Assembly: GCA_000708835.1 (NCBI GenBank)
Contig: DF237454.1
Span: 1 to 64,000 of the forward strand
Direction of reading: 5' to 3'
DNA length: 64,000 nucleotides
DNA from: Klebsormidium nitens
Lineage: Eukaryota > Plantae > Klebsormidiophyceae
Position 1 is the first letter of the stretch. Every line of letters begins with the position of its first letter. The translations under genes were made by a program, and so were the position numbers. Below are positions 37,101 through 49,100 of this stretch, piece after piece. Below the pieces are notes generated by a model, which ran no database searches, had not been told where the DNA came from, and saw only the letters and a list, made by a program, of their open reading frames with translations.

Positions 37101-39457
37101 CGGTTTTTTCACTCCGATAACTGATTGAGTAGCCCAGCATCTGCTTTTGTTGATTCGTTCAAAACCTGCAGTCTCACAACGGCACAGCATTTGTTGAAAG
37201 TTTGGTGACCTTCCTTAACCCAAGATGACCTACAGGACTACGAGATAGCGTTGCCTTTACTATCGCAGTCACAAGATGACACGTTTGTCTGCTTTACCCC
37301 CCCGGTTAGCAGCTTAACCCCCAACCTCGAAATGGTTCTGTCAGGGCCTAGCTTTGATTCCTTACCGGTCGACCAGCAGCTCGTGGTCTTCGCTCGACGA
37401 CTTCTCATCCCAGGTTGGCACAAACGAGTTGGTCCTGAGCACATGCTGCAAAGAAGAAGAGTGCAAACTGAACATACGCACAATTGATCGATTTGAATTC
37501 TTGCTAAAGCTGTTTTTATCGCGGCTCCAAAGAGACGGAAAAGACGAATCAAAGGCAGTAGCTACGAAGGAAAGTACTTTCAACAGACTACCTCAGCATG
37601 CTTCTTGCCGGTTGAATACCCTGGGTATGCAATCCACTGTAGCGTAGGCACCAGATTGTGCCATGCAAGATAGCCTTCGTAACTTACATATACTCGCCCA
37701 AAAACCTGCCGGCCAGATCACTCTTGGGAGCCAATCAGCAATTTCTTCAGATCTATGGTGAAATCTGGACAATCATTTAGTGCTCACCGGTATGGACTTC
37801 ATGTGCCGCAACTTTGCTCCCACTGGCCCATCAAATCTTGTGAAAGTGTCATGCAACGGCGAACCTGCCAACAAGTAGTGGCAATGTTTTCAAACTTCAT
37901 AATTTTTGAAGCCAAGGGTCACAAAGTATCTGCTTGTAGCTATCCGCCTTGATGCTGATTCACAGCGGCAGGTTCTCATTTCTTTCATGAAGCATAATGC
38001 TAAGGTGGCTTGTAGAGGCAGCGGAATACAGAGGTCAAGTTATGATCTGCAATGCAGAAAGCCCCAGGCATTGATCACATGTTTGAAGAGGCTTTCTCCT
38101 TGTGGATCTTTTTGAACCATGCTGAAACCTCATGAAACTCCGGAAGGGTAAGCCAAATTCACCGTGCTACATGCGCTACACTTGTGGCTGTACACCAGCC
38201 ACGATAAGCAACATCGACCTGAAAACCTGAAAACTTAAGCCCCATATCGAAAAACCTCAATGCAAGCTAGCTCCATCAGCTCTGTCTAAAGTGGCCTGAG
38301 ACTTGGTCTCTGTCTAAAGTGGCCTGAGACTTGGTCATTAAGGTAAGTTACAGCTCCAACAAAGTCGGCACAAGGGCGCCTTTGAAGCAAACGTCATCCT
38401 TCCTGCTTCTTACAAAGACTTGCAAACCCAATCTTGCTCAAGGGTTAACAAGTCTTTAAATTGTCCCCGTGTTTGGTATTATGCATATTGTCAAAAAACC
38501 TGATCTCTCCTATTGACAGTAGGAAAACATTAGGGACGTCAACCAACCATAACCAAAACCTTCATCAAAAAATGAGGGAAGTGCATGCGATGAGAAGTAA
38601 TAAACCTTAGTAGCAACATATATGTCGCTCCTTTGCATTGCCCAATTTTGGAAAATCACAACTGCAACTTCCTTTCCGCATTAATGAACGTTTCCCTGTT
38701 ACCCTGAGTACATTCAATGCCTCAAACCATACTCACCCTCCGCATCTGATGGAGTTCCCGAATTAAAACTGGCCGACTCCTCCAGTTCCTCCGGAGAGAT
38801 GATAGGCACGATCTTGGGGTCCGTCTTTATCCCATCAAAGAACCCGTCCGGGGGAATGACCTCTGACGCAACAGGCGTCCCCGGCCCCACAGAACTAGCT
38901 TCACTTTTGGTTGAGACCCCTTCCAAACCCTCCCCCACTCTTTGAATCTCCGTGTTTGCGTGCGCCTGCTGAGAACTCCCTGTACTAGGGCTGTGGTCAG
39001 CCGGAGGATTTGTATTAACTCGCAGTTTCTGTAGAACGTTTAAGTCCACCGGAGCGTCTGAGCTCTGGGCCACCTCTAGTTCCTGGGCCTGCAAGCCTTG
39101 GGCCAGCTCCAGGTCTCTCCTCTCAGACGGCTCCACAGAAGCATGCACGGCGTCATTTCTAACCACGCCTAGTTCTTCGGCCTGCAGATCACGCGCCAGC
39201 TCAACATCCGTCTGCCGCTGCCTCGCCTCCTGGGCCTTGCGAACTTGCTCCCGCAATGTGTCTGCTTGGTTTTGGATTACAACATTCCATTCATTGAAAT
39301 GAGAGGTGTCTTCCTGAACAGGGGGGACTGACGAGGGGGGGTCTGCATATTCCTGACGGAGGGGAGGGGGTTTGGGAGCACGACCGGCGCGATACTCTTC
39401 TTCCTGAACCGCCCGAGCCAATGCTGCATCACTAGCCACTTGGTTTTGAGAGTACAT
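34200..39457 (-). CDS. OTU-domain deubiquitinase (plant OTU9-12-like) with a long N-terminal extension
   Basis: Exons 39457-38737 (N-terminal extension), 37445-37366 (HVLRTNSFVPTWDEKSSSEDHELLVDR), 36934-36880 (LKAYGLAERHVAGDGNCQ), 36405-36331 (FRALSDQLY), 35730-35654, 35458-35410 (DGEWGDHITLQAAAD), 34957-34873 and 34387-onward (VLYLSFWADVHYNSIY). Catalytic GDGNC and VHYN motifs are intact. The link between exon 1 (ends phase 1) and the 37445 exon (starts phase 0) needs an unidentified small exon. The 3' end may instead splice at 34331 to an exon near 33976. Confidence 0.82.
38280..38336. repeat. Perfect 28-bp tandem duplication in an OTU gene intron
   Basis: ctctgtctaaagtggcctgagacttggt occurs twice in tandem. 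Confidence 0.92.
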
Positions 39458-40125
39458 GATTGCTGGTCAACAGAAGCAAGAGCAATGACAAGACAATCCT
39501 GCCAAAGGCTCTCCTTCTGAACTTAGTTTGGAGGATACACAAATGGGTTTAAAAGGCAGCTATTAGATAAAGAAAGCGAAGGGGCACTCAAATTGTGGCC
39601 AATCGAGCTTTCTACCATTCCAACGAGGTGGATAGACCGCCCTTCAGTGGAACTGAATTTTCAAAGCTCCTCAAAAGCATGCAGGTTGCTGGAACTTGGA
39701 AGCAGCGCTTTTGCAGCGGTCGAGCTTCCTGCTTCGTCGCGAGGAACCATGTTGACATCATTCATGACAGCTTCCCAGCTAGCGCGCCAGCTTGGCCTCA
39801 GAAAGCGCACGCCAACTTCAGTGCAAATGCTGCCACCTGGCGCCCGATGCTGATCTGGCAAAATTTGGCGCGGAAGCAGAGCCATCCGATTGGTTCATAC
39901 ACTATTGCGCGTATTCACATCAATGAGTCACGGGCACGATTTAGGGCTTGCCAACTTGCAAAAGCGGCGCACAATGACGCCGGGCGGATTTCACAACGGG
40001 AAAGAACCAACGGAAGTGTTCATGATATCAGAAAGCCCCTCTTCTCATTGGAGCGGTGGTGTTTCTGCAGTTTGAAGGACAGGGAACAACGTAGAAGTTG
40101 AACGCGATATCTCCAGGGGTTCAGG

Positions 40126-43100
40126 ATGGGTGTTCAGGGGCTGTGGGAGCTGTTGGCCCCCGTCGGCCGGCGTGTGTCCGTGGAAGCTCTTGGAGGCAAG
40201 CGACTGGCAGTTGGTGAGTATTGCAGCCACTTTTGCCTTCGTGGGGTATGTATTTTAGGTCATCTTGGAGAGTTGTTGTGAAGTAGTGCTCAGGAAGCTC
40301 CTTTACTCGACATTGAATCTAGTTGAAGCACAATCAGCGAGGTTTAGCAGTTGGTATCCAGCAAGATGATGGTGGTGATTTGAGCAACTGTTCTCAGGCG
40401 CGGCTTTGAGAGATTCCTGAGACTGTTGAGGACGAAAGTCAGAAGAACGGGCCCTTGGAACATCGTTACATCGGCGTTCTTTACAGTTGATTGTAATATG
40501 ATCACCTGCAGACACGGATCTTATCTTGTCTCGTATTCGCGCTCTCCACAAGAAGCCAACTTGCGCAGGGATGCAAGGAGGGAATGCTGACCTGATCGAC
40601 AGAGCTTAGCATTTGGTCTGCTGTTGCACTTCAAAATGATGGTTCTTAAGTGGTTGGCGGACTGAAGTTGGACCTTAAGAATTGGAATAAGAAGGACGAG
40701 TCAGTAACTTTGAAGAGCACCTAAGAAGTGGTTCTGCTGCACCACCATTAGCGATACATAGCCGACACCATATCCACCTGCGAGTTGACTGCAAACGGTT
40801 TCCCAGACCTGAATCCCTCTGCTTCTTGGTTTCTTTGCAGATGCAAGCATCTGGATTGTCCAGTTCATGAAGGCGATGCGCAATGACCAAGGCGAGATGC
40901 TCCGTAACGCACACTTGCTGGGGTTCTTCCGGCGCATCTGCAAGCTGCTGTACCTGCGCGTGAAGCCCGTCTTTGTGTTTGACGGGGGCACCCCCGCTCT
41001 GAAGCGGCAGACGGTCATGGCTCGCAGGCGGCAGAGGGACAAGTCTCAGGCAAAGATCAGGTCAGATTTCGACGCTTATATTAGTTATTATCCAAGAAAG
41101 TAGGGCTTGTACTCTGACCTTTGATGCAGTATGCAAAGCTCAGCTTTATAAGTGTTGACTGCAGTTCCTTTCCTGGTAAACTATCTGGTGGTTGGAAGTA
41201 ACAAGCTGAAGCCCCGTGTGTGGAACAGGTCGTCAGATGATTTGATTTAGGGCGGCCCTGTAAAATACGTTACAGACTTACAAAATGACGGTCTGATCTT
41301 GAGAGTGAAAGCATTTTGACTCCATGGTCACTCAGGCAGTAGCCCGTGGGCTTACTGGCAGGTGCAAGTATAACCCGTACCACCAACTGCAAGGAAAGAT
41401 TGGCACTTTAGATTGATCTGAAAAGCCACTGCCCCACTGTCTGCAGGAAAACCGCTGAGAAGCTGCTCCTGAACCATCTCCGAACCCAATGCTTGGAAGA
41501 GCTCGTCGAGAAGAAGACCAAGGCCTCCCGCCTGAAAATGCAATCACCAGTCCCTGGGGCGACTTTCACCCCAGACTCTGCCCCCCCGGAAGAACCAGCC
41601 CCGCAGCGAAAGCAGCGGAGGGGGGTCCGTGCAGATGGGAGGGGTCAGTTTAGTGTCGTGCGAGGTGCCGAGAACAAGAAGGGGAAAGCGCTGAAGAGGC
41701 GGCTGAGGAGAAGGATCAAGGAGAAAGGAGTGCGGAGGCGCCAGGCAGCGGCACAAGGGGGTCAGGGGGAAGACGGGGAAGTTGAGAGCGAGGGAGATGG
41801 GGAAGAAGACGTTGAGCTTGAAGAGGAGGAGGAGGAGGAAGAGTGGGAGGAAGGGCAAGGGGGTCTTGGGGATGGAGATGCTGGGGCGTCGACAAATACC
41901 CATGCGGCGCAAGGAGCTGAAACAGGGAAGGTTATTGGCCAAATGTCTCAGGGGCCTGGTCAAAGTCCGCCGGGGGCCAGTGCAGGTGGATTGGCGTCGA
42001 TGGCGGGTTCTGCGGGAACAGCGGCTCGAAATTTCAGAGGGGAACAGGGGTTGGGGCTTCCTGGTTCGGGAATGTCGGCCTCGATAGAGCGACGGCCTGC
42101 TGCAGAACCGCAGGGTGCAAAGGCTCCCTCATCCGGACCTTTGCCGACGTCAAGTCTCGCACAGCCCGTCTCGAATGGAACCCGATCCTTGCAATTGAGC
42201 AGCAGTGCCGGTCAACCATTGCAGATCATGGCCGGCCCTTCTGGATTGAGTTCGCACCAAAACGGGGGTCCCTCAGCCAATGGGCTTCAAAACGAGGGGG
42301 CTGGAACGCAGGCGGGTAAAGGGGAGGAGGACGATGAAGAGGAGGAGGAGGGGGAGTTGATCATGATGCCAGATACGGACAACGCGCTGGATCCGACGGT
42401 GCTGGCGTCGCTGCCGGCGTCGGTGCAGATCGAGCTGATGCAGCAGATGAGGGAGCGGCGAGTCGCGCAGAACCGCGAGAAGTTCAGGTTGGTAGCCTTG
42501 CCTGATAGACTCTCCACGGCTTCTGGGTCTGGAGGGTTCCGATTACCCCAATGTCAAAGGTTTTGGCTTGCTAGAGTCCGATGCTTCAAGGTCTCAGGGT
42601 GTTCTCCACTTCCTTGCTTCTTGTATCTCGGACATCCCTAGGCAGTCACACAAGCTTTTTGGAATCTCTTGGCCAGTTCGGATGTTGGCTGCATTGTGGT
42701 GAGGACAAATTTTCCCGGTCTGGACCCCGTAGGTAGCTGCTCGAATGAAGGATTTCGTTTCAAACTTACAGAAAAGCCGCCCGCAGAGGCGCAAATGCGA
42801 CGGGTTGGGACAAATGTGCACCGAGTTAGTTTTACGCTTGATTTTATTCCCCAGAAACCAAGGAAGTGCACCCTCAAATGCATCTCAGGTTTCTCACAGG
42901 CTTCCACTGTGCCAATCTACATTTTAAAACGGTATCCATGGTTCCGAAAGCTTTTGCGGAGGTCAACGACGCACCTTTTGCGATTGCAGGCAAGTGGCCA
43001 AGGTCCCCGAGTCCTTTTCCAGCATCCAAATGGAGGCGTACCTAAAGAACGTGGCGATGCGGCGCGACGTTGCCAAAGTACACGAGGCGATGGCCAAAGG

Positions 43101-46100
43101 CACCAAGGTCATCCCTGGCATGGAAGACGTTCCGGCCATGCGGATTGCGAGCGAGCAGGGGCGAGAGTTTATTTTCAAGAGCAATCCTGAGAGGGCTGAC
43201 TCGGAATCTCAGGACGGTTTTAAGGCAGCTTTGGGAGTAAAAGGCTTAGGCCGGGGGTTGGGGGCGAGGAAAGTCCAGAAGCCAGGGGCGTTGAAATGGA
43301 GACAGAGCGAGAAGGACAAAGTGGAAAGCTACAAGGAGAAGCCGTCGTGGTTCAAGGCGAGCCCGTATGGGTTGGGTGAGGTTAAGTTGGAATCGGTTAG
43401 CGACGGGGTGATTGGCGTGGTCAATGCGGAGACGGTCAGTGATGCCGGTTATGGCGAACTGCAAGTGGTTAAGGAGGAGCTGGAAAGTGCTGGAGGGAGC
43501 GGGAAAGTTTTGGTTGCAATTGACCCGGAGCTTGCGGTGCTTGATACGAATTCGCAATGGTCGATGGGGGGGCGTTCGTGGTGGGGGGGGGAGGTCGGGA
43601 GGGGGGCGAGAGGGGGGGGGAGAGAGGGACGAGGAAGGGGGGGCAGAGGCGACAATGGCGCCGACAAGTTCCTGGGGGGGTGGATGAAAGTGCTGAAGCT
43701 GACCAAGGACGAGGTATTTGGAAGCGACGAGGNNNNNNNNNNNNNNNNNNNNNNNNNNNNNNNNNNNNNNNNNNNNNNNNNNNNNNNNNNNNNNNNNNNN
43801 NNNNNNNNNNNNNNNNNNNNNNNNNNNNNNNNNNNNNNNNNNNNNNNNNNNNNNNNNNNNNNNNNNNNNNNNNNNNNNNNNNNNNNNNNNNNNNNNNNNN
43901 NNNNNNNNNNNNNNNNNNNNNNNNNNNNNNNNNNNNNNNNNNNNNNNNNNNNNNNNNNNNNNNNNNNNNNNNNNNNNNNNNNNNNNNNNNNNNNNNNNNN
44001 NNNNNNNNNNNNNNNNNNNNNNNNNNNNNNNNNNNNNNNNNNNNNNNNNNNNNNNNNNNNNNNNNNNNNNNNNNNNNNNNNNNNNNNNNNNNNNNNNNNN
44101 NNNNNNNNNNNNNNNNNNNNNNNNNNNNNNNNNNNNNNNNNNNNNNNNNNNNNNNNNNNNNNNNNNNNNNNNNNNNNNNNNNNNNNNNNNNNNNNNNNNN
44201 NNNNNNNNNNNNNNNNNNNNNNNNNNNNNNNNNNNNGAGTGGGAGGACGGCGCCGGGGGGGGCGATGTCGCTGTGAGCGTCGAGGGGGGTGCAGAGGTGC
44301 AGGGTGATGATTTGTTCACAGCCGACATGTTCAAGAAAGGAGGGGCGAGGGAAAAGCTGGATCCAGGGGTAGTTGCGGAAGTGGCCCGGGCGGCGGCGGA
44401 GCGGTTGGCGAAAGCGAACGGATTGGGCGGAATGGCGAACGGAATGGGCGGAACGGAGCAGGAAAGAGCCGATGCAGAGATCAGCATCGGCATCCAAGTT
44501 GCGCAGAAGGATGGTGGCGAGGGAGGGGCTCACGTAAACGAGAGAGTGGCTGACGAAAGCGGAAGAGGGGCTGACGTAAGCGAGATGGGTAACGGCCATG
44601 GCTTGGTTGTGAGTGAGGACGAGATGGACTGGGAAGATGGGGGCGTGCTCGAAACCGGGGGGGTGGCAAGGAACTCAGTCGCTGCTACAATTGCTGACCA
44701 AGCGCAGACAGAAATGGGAGCCGGAAAGTTTGAGAGCGTGGAGAACGTGGGGTTAAAGAAGCCGGGGATAGCGAGTCGAGGACTGATTTCCAAAGCGGGT
44801 GCTAGACGTCTCGAAGAAACGCTTGTTCTAACAGCGGATGGAGAAAGCGTGCGCCCGTTTGTGATGGACGACGGGAGCGATGTCGAGTGGGAGGACGGCA
44901 GCGGGCAGTTTGGGAAAGCGGACCCGGTGTCGAAACCTTTAGACTTCTCCAGCGAGCAAAGTGAGACTGCAGGAAGCCTAGACGATCTGGCGACACTGGC
45001 GGCGGTTCTGGACGATCCGACGGGGGCGCTGCCGAGCATTGGCGCGCTGGCGGAGGACGCGGACTTGGAAGAAGCGATACGGAGAAGCCTAAAGGATTTC
45101 CAGGGGGCTGGCGGCGCGGCAGGGGGCGGGAAAGCCTCTAAGGGAATTGTCATCCGAGAAGGAAAAGGAGCGGGAGAACCACTAGCTGCAGCAAACAATG
45201 GAAAGCAGCCAGCGACCGACTCGGTAGTGGAGATTGCGGATGGAGAAGAGGCGTTTTTCGCGCGGGAGAGGGCGAGAAAGGGCAAGGGAAGAGTTGGGGA
45301 GGAACAGGCTGCGAGGCATGAGGAACCAGATTGTAAAGTAAATAAGCCCTTAACGGGCGCTGCAAATGTCCCCTCCAGTGTACAGACAGGTGACGGAAAA
45401 GCACGCCCCCAGCAAACGGACATTTCTCAAGTCCAACCAGACGAACGCGCTTCTGGACAGGTTTCGGACCAAACAAGATCCTTAAACCCACCACTTGTTG
45501 ACGCAGCAACGCTCCCTCCATCCGTGCTACCGAGCATTTTGCCGGACCCCATTCCGAGCGCTCCGGCAGTAACAGCGGATCCGACAGTCTCTGCAAACCC
45601 CTCCGCGGATCTTAACCCTCAGTCAAAGTTCTCGCCTGAGGGGCTTTTGACTCCGCCACTGAACACCCCCTCCAAAATAACGCCTCCAGCTGGGTCAAAC
45701 CCTCTTCCAAACCCTGTTGAAAACCCCTCTCTAACCGGCACCGCGAGCAAATCGAGCGCTCGGCCCACAAACGGTCTCCCAAAAGTGAGTGACTCGTTAC
45801 CCCCCCGGCCCAGCAATATGCGGAACCCGTTTGCGGACGACGCCCCTCCGTCTTTTCCGGACATTGACGAGCTTCTCGAGGACGAGGAAGAGCTGTCGGA
45901 AGACCGGCACGAACTAGAGCGGCGGGAGAAGGAGGCGCAGGACTGGGAACGCGCCGAGCAGGAGACTCTGGAGATGGAGGCCGCCATCGCCGAGAGCCTT
46001 GTGGATTCCGTTCCCGGAACCGGGGGGCCGGAATTCCGTGCGGGGGCGTCCGGAAGCGCGGCGAGCGGTGTGCACGAAAAGCAACTAGGTGCGGGCGAAT

Positions 46101-49100
46101 CGTCACGGAGAGAACTGGCAGGATCACGGTCGGAAGTGGAAGTCGGACGAAGTGCGGGGCTCGATTTCGGGGGATCATCCGATGCGGACGCTCCCAACGG
46201 GGGGGCGGCTCACGAGCCGGACGCCGCTCTGGGGGCGTCGGGAGGGGTGAGGATAGCGACCCCCCGGGGCGGGGAAGTGATGTTTGAGGGGAGCACGCAG
46301 CAGGGGCGCTTGTTAAGGGAGCAGGAGACAAGGCGGGCGGAAAGGGAAAAGCTAGCGGAGGAAAAGGCGAAGCGGGAAGCGTTGGAGAAGGAGGCGGAGA
46401 TGCAGGACGAGCGGGAAAGGTTGGCAGCAGAAGAAGCGGCGCTGCAGGTACGGCTTCGTGTATTAGGAGGTCGTTTTTTGTAGGGCGCGTTGTCTTATGT
46501 GAGGGACGTTGTCTTATGAAAGGCTAATTTTTGTTTTCAACAGAGCACGTCCTCTTATGTAGGGTACGTCGTCTATTTGGGGCACGTTGTCCGAGGTACG
46601 GTTGCTCGTCTACCTAGGAAAATCAGTCTGAGGTACGGTTGCTCCGACCTCATGAGCGGTCGCCTGATTCGTGCCCCAGTAAATGCAGGCACCCTGTGAG
46701 TCCAATTCGGAACGGTCTGTTACAGAGGTTGAAAGCTTCTCCTGATTCTTGGGTTGCGAAATTGAGTGTGTAGCCGTTGCTGATCGCTTGGACTGACAGC
46801 AAACTTGCGCCTAACCATTTTTAGCTCACAATTAGCTGCACGTGTTCTGACTTGTGTCTGAGATGGTATATCTAGTGCCGAAGCTTGTTCTTGCCGCCTT
46901 TCTTGCTGAGATTATTGTTGCACTGTTTGCGGAACGGAGACGGCAAATGGAGCGGTCCGCATTACAACCTCTATGGCAGCATGGCGTGAGCTGGGGAGCA
47001 CCACGCAACAGTTGCCGAGGACGAGCGGGTCAGTGATTGTAGGCTTCAGCAGAATGCAAATTCAAGATCGTCCAACGCTCTGAATCCTAGCGGACCGAAC
47101 AAGGGTGTGGAAGAGTCAGATTCTTGTCCGAATCCCTGACCACAGTCCACAGACGGACAATGAGCGCACAAATGCTCTGCCGACGGATGACAATACAGCT
47201 GGACTACGACTTTCGAAGTTTCCAACTACTGCTTAATACAAGTCTGCCGAGTTTCAATCAATTCTCTCCCATCCTCGCAGGCTGAGATTGAGCGCGAGCG
47301 CGCGCTCTTGGAGGACGAAGAAGCCGAGCTGCAGTACGCGCAGCGCGCCAACACGATCAACGCCGAGTCGGCTACCGGGGAGATGTTCTCCGAGTGCCAG
47401 GAGCTGCTGCAAATGTTCGGCATCCCGTTCATTATTGCGCCGATGGAGGCAGAGGCGCAGTGCGCGGCAATGGATAAGATGGGGCTGGTGGACGGGGTCG
47501 TGACGGACGATAGCGACGTGTTCCTGTTCGGCGCCAAGGTGGGGCAAGGGGTTTTTAATTTCCGTTGTACTTTTCTATTTCGTATTTGTTTGTCGTATGT
47601 TGTCCACAAAACGTATCAATCGTTTTCTTTTGGTCAAATGATGGACGAAAGAAGCAGTGCGCGGCAATGGATAAGATGGGGCTCGTGGACGGGGTCGTGA
47701 CGGACGATAGCGACGTCTTTCTATTTGGAGCCAAGGTGGGACGACGGGCTTTCAAGTCTTTTCTTTAGAATGTTTGGGGATGTTTTCGTACCTCAGGGTT
47801 TCATGGATGGAGAGGAGTGCAGTGCGCGGCAAAGGACAAGATGGGGCTGGTCGATGAGGTTGTGACGGACGACAGGGACGTGTTCCTATTTGGCGCAAAG
47901 GTGGGGGCATTGGGTTTTCCGTACCTCTTGAGGTATCTCTTTTCTTGTTGTTCTCTACATGTCTCCACATAGTCTGGGACTTATGTTGAGTTTTGTACGT
48001 TGGAGGATGCGCCGTGCGCAGCGATGGACAAATTGGGCAAATAGCTGAAGATTGTTTTCAGACTTCCCTGGATCTGTTCTTACTTCCGGGACGTTGGTTC
48101 GCGGATTACGGAGATGAACAAGATGGGGCCCGTCAACGGAGTCGTGACAGCAACGTGTTTTTCTTTGAAGCCAAAGTGGGCCTTTGACAAGCTCTCCGGA
48201 CCGATGCGGGTGGCGTATTGAGACGTGCTCGATGTCAGCGGCACTCGCTTGTAACAAAATGTAGTTCCGCAGAGCCTCTACTTATGTTGAGTCACAGGAA
48301 ACATTCGCAGCCAATCAAGAGAATTTTGAATGTTCAAAGGAGAGTCTCCACAGCAGAGAAACGTGTTTTCTTCTTTTCCAGGCGGTGTACAAGAACATCT
48401 TCGACAACAAGAAGTACGTGGAGACGTACTATTTGCGCGACATCGAAAGTGAGATGGGCCTGGATCAACAGAAGCTCATCAACATGGCCACGCTCCTTGG
48501 TAGTGACTACACCGAGGGCATCAGGTGCGGCGGGGAAACCCAGACACAAGATTGCTTTCTGGTGCAGTTTGGTCTGTACGTATCAGTCTTCCTGGTTTCT
48601 ACTTTTTCATCGCTGTTATGTTGCTGTGCGCCACAGCGCCCAACCAACGTATCTGCCCCTGGTTGTAACGGGTAAACTTCTTTTCTTTGGAGGTCTGTGT
48701 TCGCAGTAAAAGTGCTTCGGGGCTGAATGCTTCTGGAAGTTCTTGCAGCTCGTAGGAACCTTACGCATCTTCTTGGGAACGCTCGTCTTTGGCAGCAGGG
48801 GTGCGGGCTGCTATGCACTCTCGGGACGTTTCACGCTTCCCGTCTTTACAAAAGCTATCCCTGTCTGTTCCAAAGCCGCAAGACGTTAGCATTACGATTC
48901 CTCGTCACGTATCCCCAAGTCTGAAAGCCCTCCCGTGTGTGCAGATCATACGCTAACGCATGCCCTCCCTTTTGCAGCGGCATCGGCATCGTGAACGCCA
49001 TCGAAGTCGTGAACGCGTTTTCCGGCCCCGACGGCCTCTCCAAGTTTCGGGACTGGCTGGATGCTCCCGACGAGGCCCTGTTCGCTGCCGCGCAAAAGAA

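Noticed and set aside
38280-38336. Short 28-30 bp direct repeats (also 22958 and 55856) as possible CRISPR-like arrays
   Set aside because: Only two adjacent copies with no spacers, in a eukaryotic context. These are simple tandem duplications.
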